Positions 28,131-31,658 of a stretch of 31,658 nt of DNA are shown here, piece by piece. The DNA is from Verrucomicrobiales bacterium. Lineage in GTDB: Bacteria > Verrucomicrobiota > Verrucomicrobiia > Verrucomicrobiales > SLCJ01. A program made the translations under genes and the position numbers. How positions within the stretch are numbered: the first letter of the stretch is position 1; each line of letters starts with the position of its first letter. The DNA lies in assembly GCA_046075565.1 (NCBI GenBank), contig JBJTQJ010000122.1, forward strand, positions 1 to 31,658, written 5' to 3'. The notes under the pieces were generated by a model. The model worked only from the letters and a program-made list of their open reading frames with translations, had not been told where the DNA came from and searched no databases.

Positions 28131-28787
28131 TTATCCAGGGATATGGGGCGGTTGCTGCCAGGGGTTTCTGTAGAGCTGGATATTCTGATAGAGAAAAAGC
28201 CCGAACATGATGGCGACAAAGACGGATTTTAGCTCAATGAGCGCGTAGCCGATCATGCCGGCGCAGCAGACGATCCCGCAGATGGCTACGACCTTCTCTT
28301 TTCCCCCGAGGATTGCCCGCAACATATGGCCGCCGTCCAGCGGCAAAGCGGGCAGGCAGTTCACCAGCGACCAGATCACGTTGATCCAGAGCATCTGCGT
28401 GACGCAGAAAGCCACCAGACTGGATTCCGTCGGCCAGCCCCTTTGGTAAAGCCAGACCGCCAGCCCGAGAAGGAATCCGGCCGCCGGCCCCGCCGCCGAG
28501 ACCATGAAGTCTTCCTTTCTCGTGAAGCGGCCGGGCGAGGGCGCGGCCAGCCCCCCGCCCGCATAAAGAAAAATCTCCGCCCGCGACCCGAATTGCCGCA
28601 TGGCAAAGGCATGGCCAAGTTCGTGCCAAAGAATGGAGACGAAAACCATACCCACCCAGAGAAGCACCTCCGTTCCGCCGCCCGGTTGACCGAGTTTGTT
28701 CGCCGCCCCGCCGAGCAAAGCCGAGACCAACCAGAACCAGGGGTCCACCCGCACGGGAAAGCCGAAAAGTTGAAAGCGCAACATCAT
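28131..28787 (-). CDS. Site-2 protease (peptidase M50) family protein
   Basis: HELGH, AAGP and NCLPALPLDGG motifs. Confidence 0.92.
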   Translation of the reverse strand: MMLRFQLFGFPVRVDPWFWLVSALLGGAANKLGQPGGGTEVLLWVGMVFVSILWHELGHAFAMRQFGSRAEIFLYAGGGLAAPSPGRFTRKEDFMVSAAGPAAGFLLGLAVWLYQRGWPTESSLVAFCVTQMLWINVIWSLVNCLPALPLDGGHMLRAILGGKEKVVAICGIVCCAGMIGYALIELKSVFVAIMFGLFLYQNIQLYRNPWQQPPHIPG

Positions 28788-28838
28788 GGCTCCCGGTTTC
28801 GCCGAAAACCCGCCCGTCGTCAACCGCTGAATGAAGGG

Positions 28839-28867
28839 TTGACACTGTGGGAGGATTCCGGCACCAT
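28839..28867 (+). promoter_or_regulatory. Candidate thiC promoter
   Basis: TTGACA-17 nt-CACCAT; the predicted start falls at the riboswitch 5' end. Confidence 0.45.
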
Positions 28868-28872
28868 CTCCG

Positions 28873-28970
28873 AACGACAGGGGTGCGCGGCGGCAGTGCC
28901 GGGCTGAGAGTTCCACCACCGGACAACCCTCCGAACCTGACGCGGGTCATGCCGCCGGAGGGAGATCGCT
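28873..28970 (+). ncRNA. TPP riboswitch aptamer
   Basis: AGGGGTGC...GCTGAGA...ACCC..GAACCTGA.GCGGGTCATGCCGC.GGAGGGA consensus directly upstream of thiC. Confidence 0.95.
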
Positions 28971-28987
28971 TTGCCCGCTTTCTCTCC

Positions 28988-29016
28988 GCCGCGCCAGCTA
29001 GCGCGGCCTTTTTTTT
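28988..29016 (+). terminator. Riboswitch attenuator terminator
   Basis: gccgcgc-cagcta-gcgcggc followed by c and 8 T, between the aptamer and the thiC ATG. Confidence 0.85.
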
Positions 29017-29018
29017 GA

Positions 29019-31037
<2,019 letters not shown>

Positions 31038-31045
31038 GAACAAAA

Positions 31046-31081
31046 ATAGGTCCTATCAGACCTATATGACCTATTGGTCCT
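31046..31081 (+). repeat. Four tandem degenerate 9-bp repeats
   Basis: ataggtcct atcagacct atatgacct attggtcct. Confidence 0.85.
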
Positions 31082-31106
31082 ACCCCCCCCTCCCACTCCA
31101 ACACCC

Positions 31107-31350
31107 ATGCCACCCCCGGAGCCACCAGCAAAGCCTTCCGGCTTCCTCCATCAGGGCGGCAACGACCGGGAACTGCTGTCCTAGAGGAAGTCGGAGATCA
31201 TCTACGATTTCACCTTCCGCTTCTGCGAACGTTTCCTAAAGCTTGGCGACCGCACCATTGACCAGATGGTCCAAGCGGCCCGGTCAGGAAAACAAAATAT
31301 CGCCGAAGGAAGCAAGGGCTCGGTTACCTCAACCGAAACGGAAATCAAAC
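31107..31350 (+). pseudogene. Four-helix-bundle (suffix-domain type) protein pseudogene
   Basis: Reads MPPP..GGNDRELLS*RKSEIIYDFTFRFCERFL..GDRTIDQMVQAARSGKQNIAEGS..STETEIK; in-frame TAG at 31182-31184; family-like sequence ends abruptly at about 31351. Confidence 0.85.
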
Positions 31351-31517
31351 TGAAACGTCCCCCTCCAGAGCTGGACAGGTGACAAGAGCACAACCATGGG
31401 GGAGGATCTCTCCCGGATTCTGGCGCAGTGGAGGCGTAGCCGTAGCGAAGCAAGACTGCGGGACGCGATCCCAAAGCCATCCAAAGAACCTATCCTGACC
31501 GACATGCCTGAACCCGA
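31351..31517 (+). mobile_element. Probable IS3-family left end (fragment)
   Basis: Begins TGAAACGTCCCCC....CTGGACA, which resembles IS3-family terminal repeats, exactly where the pseudogene breaks; a short MPEPE start at 31504. Confidence 0.45.
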
Positions 31518-31658
31518 ATCCGCCGCGACGACGGCAAACGCATGATCCTCGGCGTCAGTTGCGCGCTCTCCGAGGCCGAAGTCCACTGGCGCGGATTCCT
31601 CGTCTGGCTCAAGGAGCGCGGCATCGGCATTCCCGACCTCATCGTCTCCGATGCCCAC
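31518..31658 (+). mobile_element. IS256-family (Mutator) transposase internal fragment, 5'-truncated
   Basis: IRRDDGKRMILGVSCALSEAEVHWRGFLVWLKERGIGIPDLIVSDAH matches the IS256 DDE region; an in-frame TGA at 31509-31511 lies just upstream. Confidence 0.85.

Noticed and set aside
31182-31184. Recoded TAG (pyrrolysine or alternative code) in the four-helix-bundle gene
   Set aside because: TAG ends normal genes here (7897, 19263), it is one substitution from the expected Tyr codon, and the gene is also IS-truncated.
31046-31350. CRISPR array or diversity-generating retroelement
   Set aside because: The repeats are 9 bp without spacers; no cas gene, reverse transcriptase or TR/VR pair is in the window.
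31329-31658. 109-aa minus-strand ORF at the right edge
   Set aside because: Antisense to the IS256 transposase fragment.

Overview
A GC-rich (roughly 60% by eye) bacterial chromosomal segment, most likely Verrucomicrobiota (Luteolibacter/Haloferula-like); this is inferred from the PTPDL-type protein, the lamin-tail/CotH protein and the pilin-like cassette. Housekeeping genes are ileS-lspA, efp, TPP riboswitch-thiC, an Hsp20, an M42 aminopeptidase, LysE and MFS transporters, an M50 protease and an MECR-like enoyl reductase. They are mixed with lineage-specific exported proteins and a three-gene pilin-like operon. The right end is decaying: 9-bp tandem repeats precede a four-helix-bundle pseudogene that is interrupted by an IS3-like end fused to an IS256 transposase fragment. 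The main unannotated signals are (i) a two-copy, ~80% identical structured intergenic element with compensatory base changes (7.2 kb and 14.8 kb), (ii) a small membrane-anchored protein with a thrice-repeated SSK motif paired with a sterol-desaturase-family enzyme, (iii) inverted 7-bp repeat tracts in frame inside thiC, (iv) a hairpin that masks the hsp20 Shine-Dalgarno, (v) an EF-P with a non-canonical PPRM tip loop, and (vi) several apparently leaderless genes. No rRNA, tRNA or CRISPR array was seen. All calls were made by eye, with no searches run.
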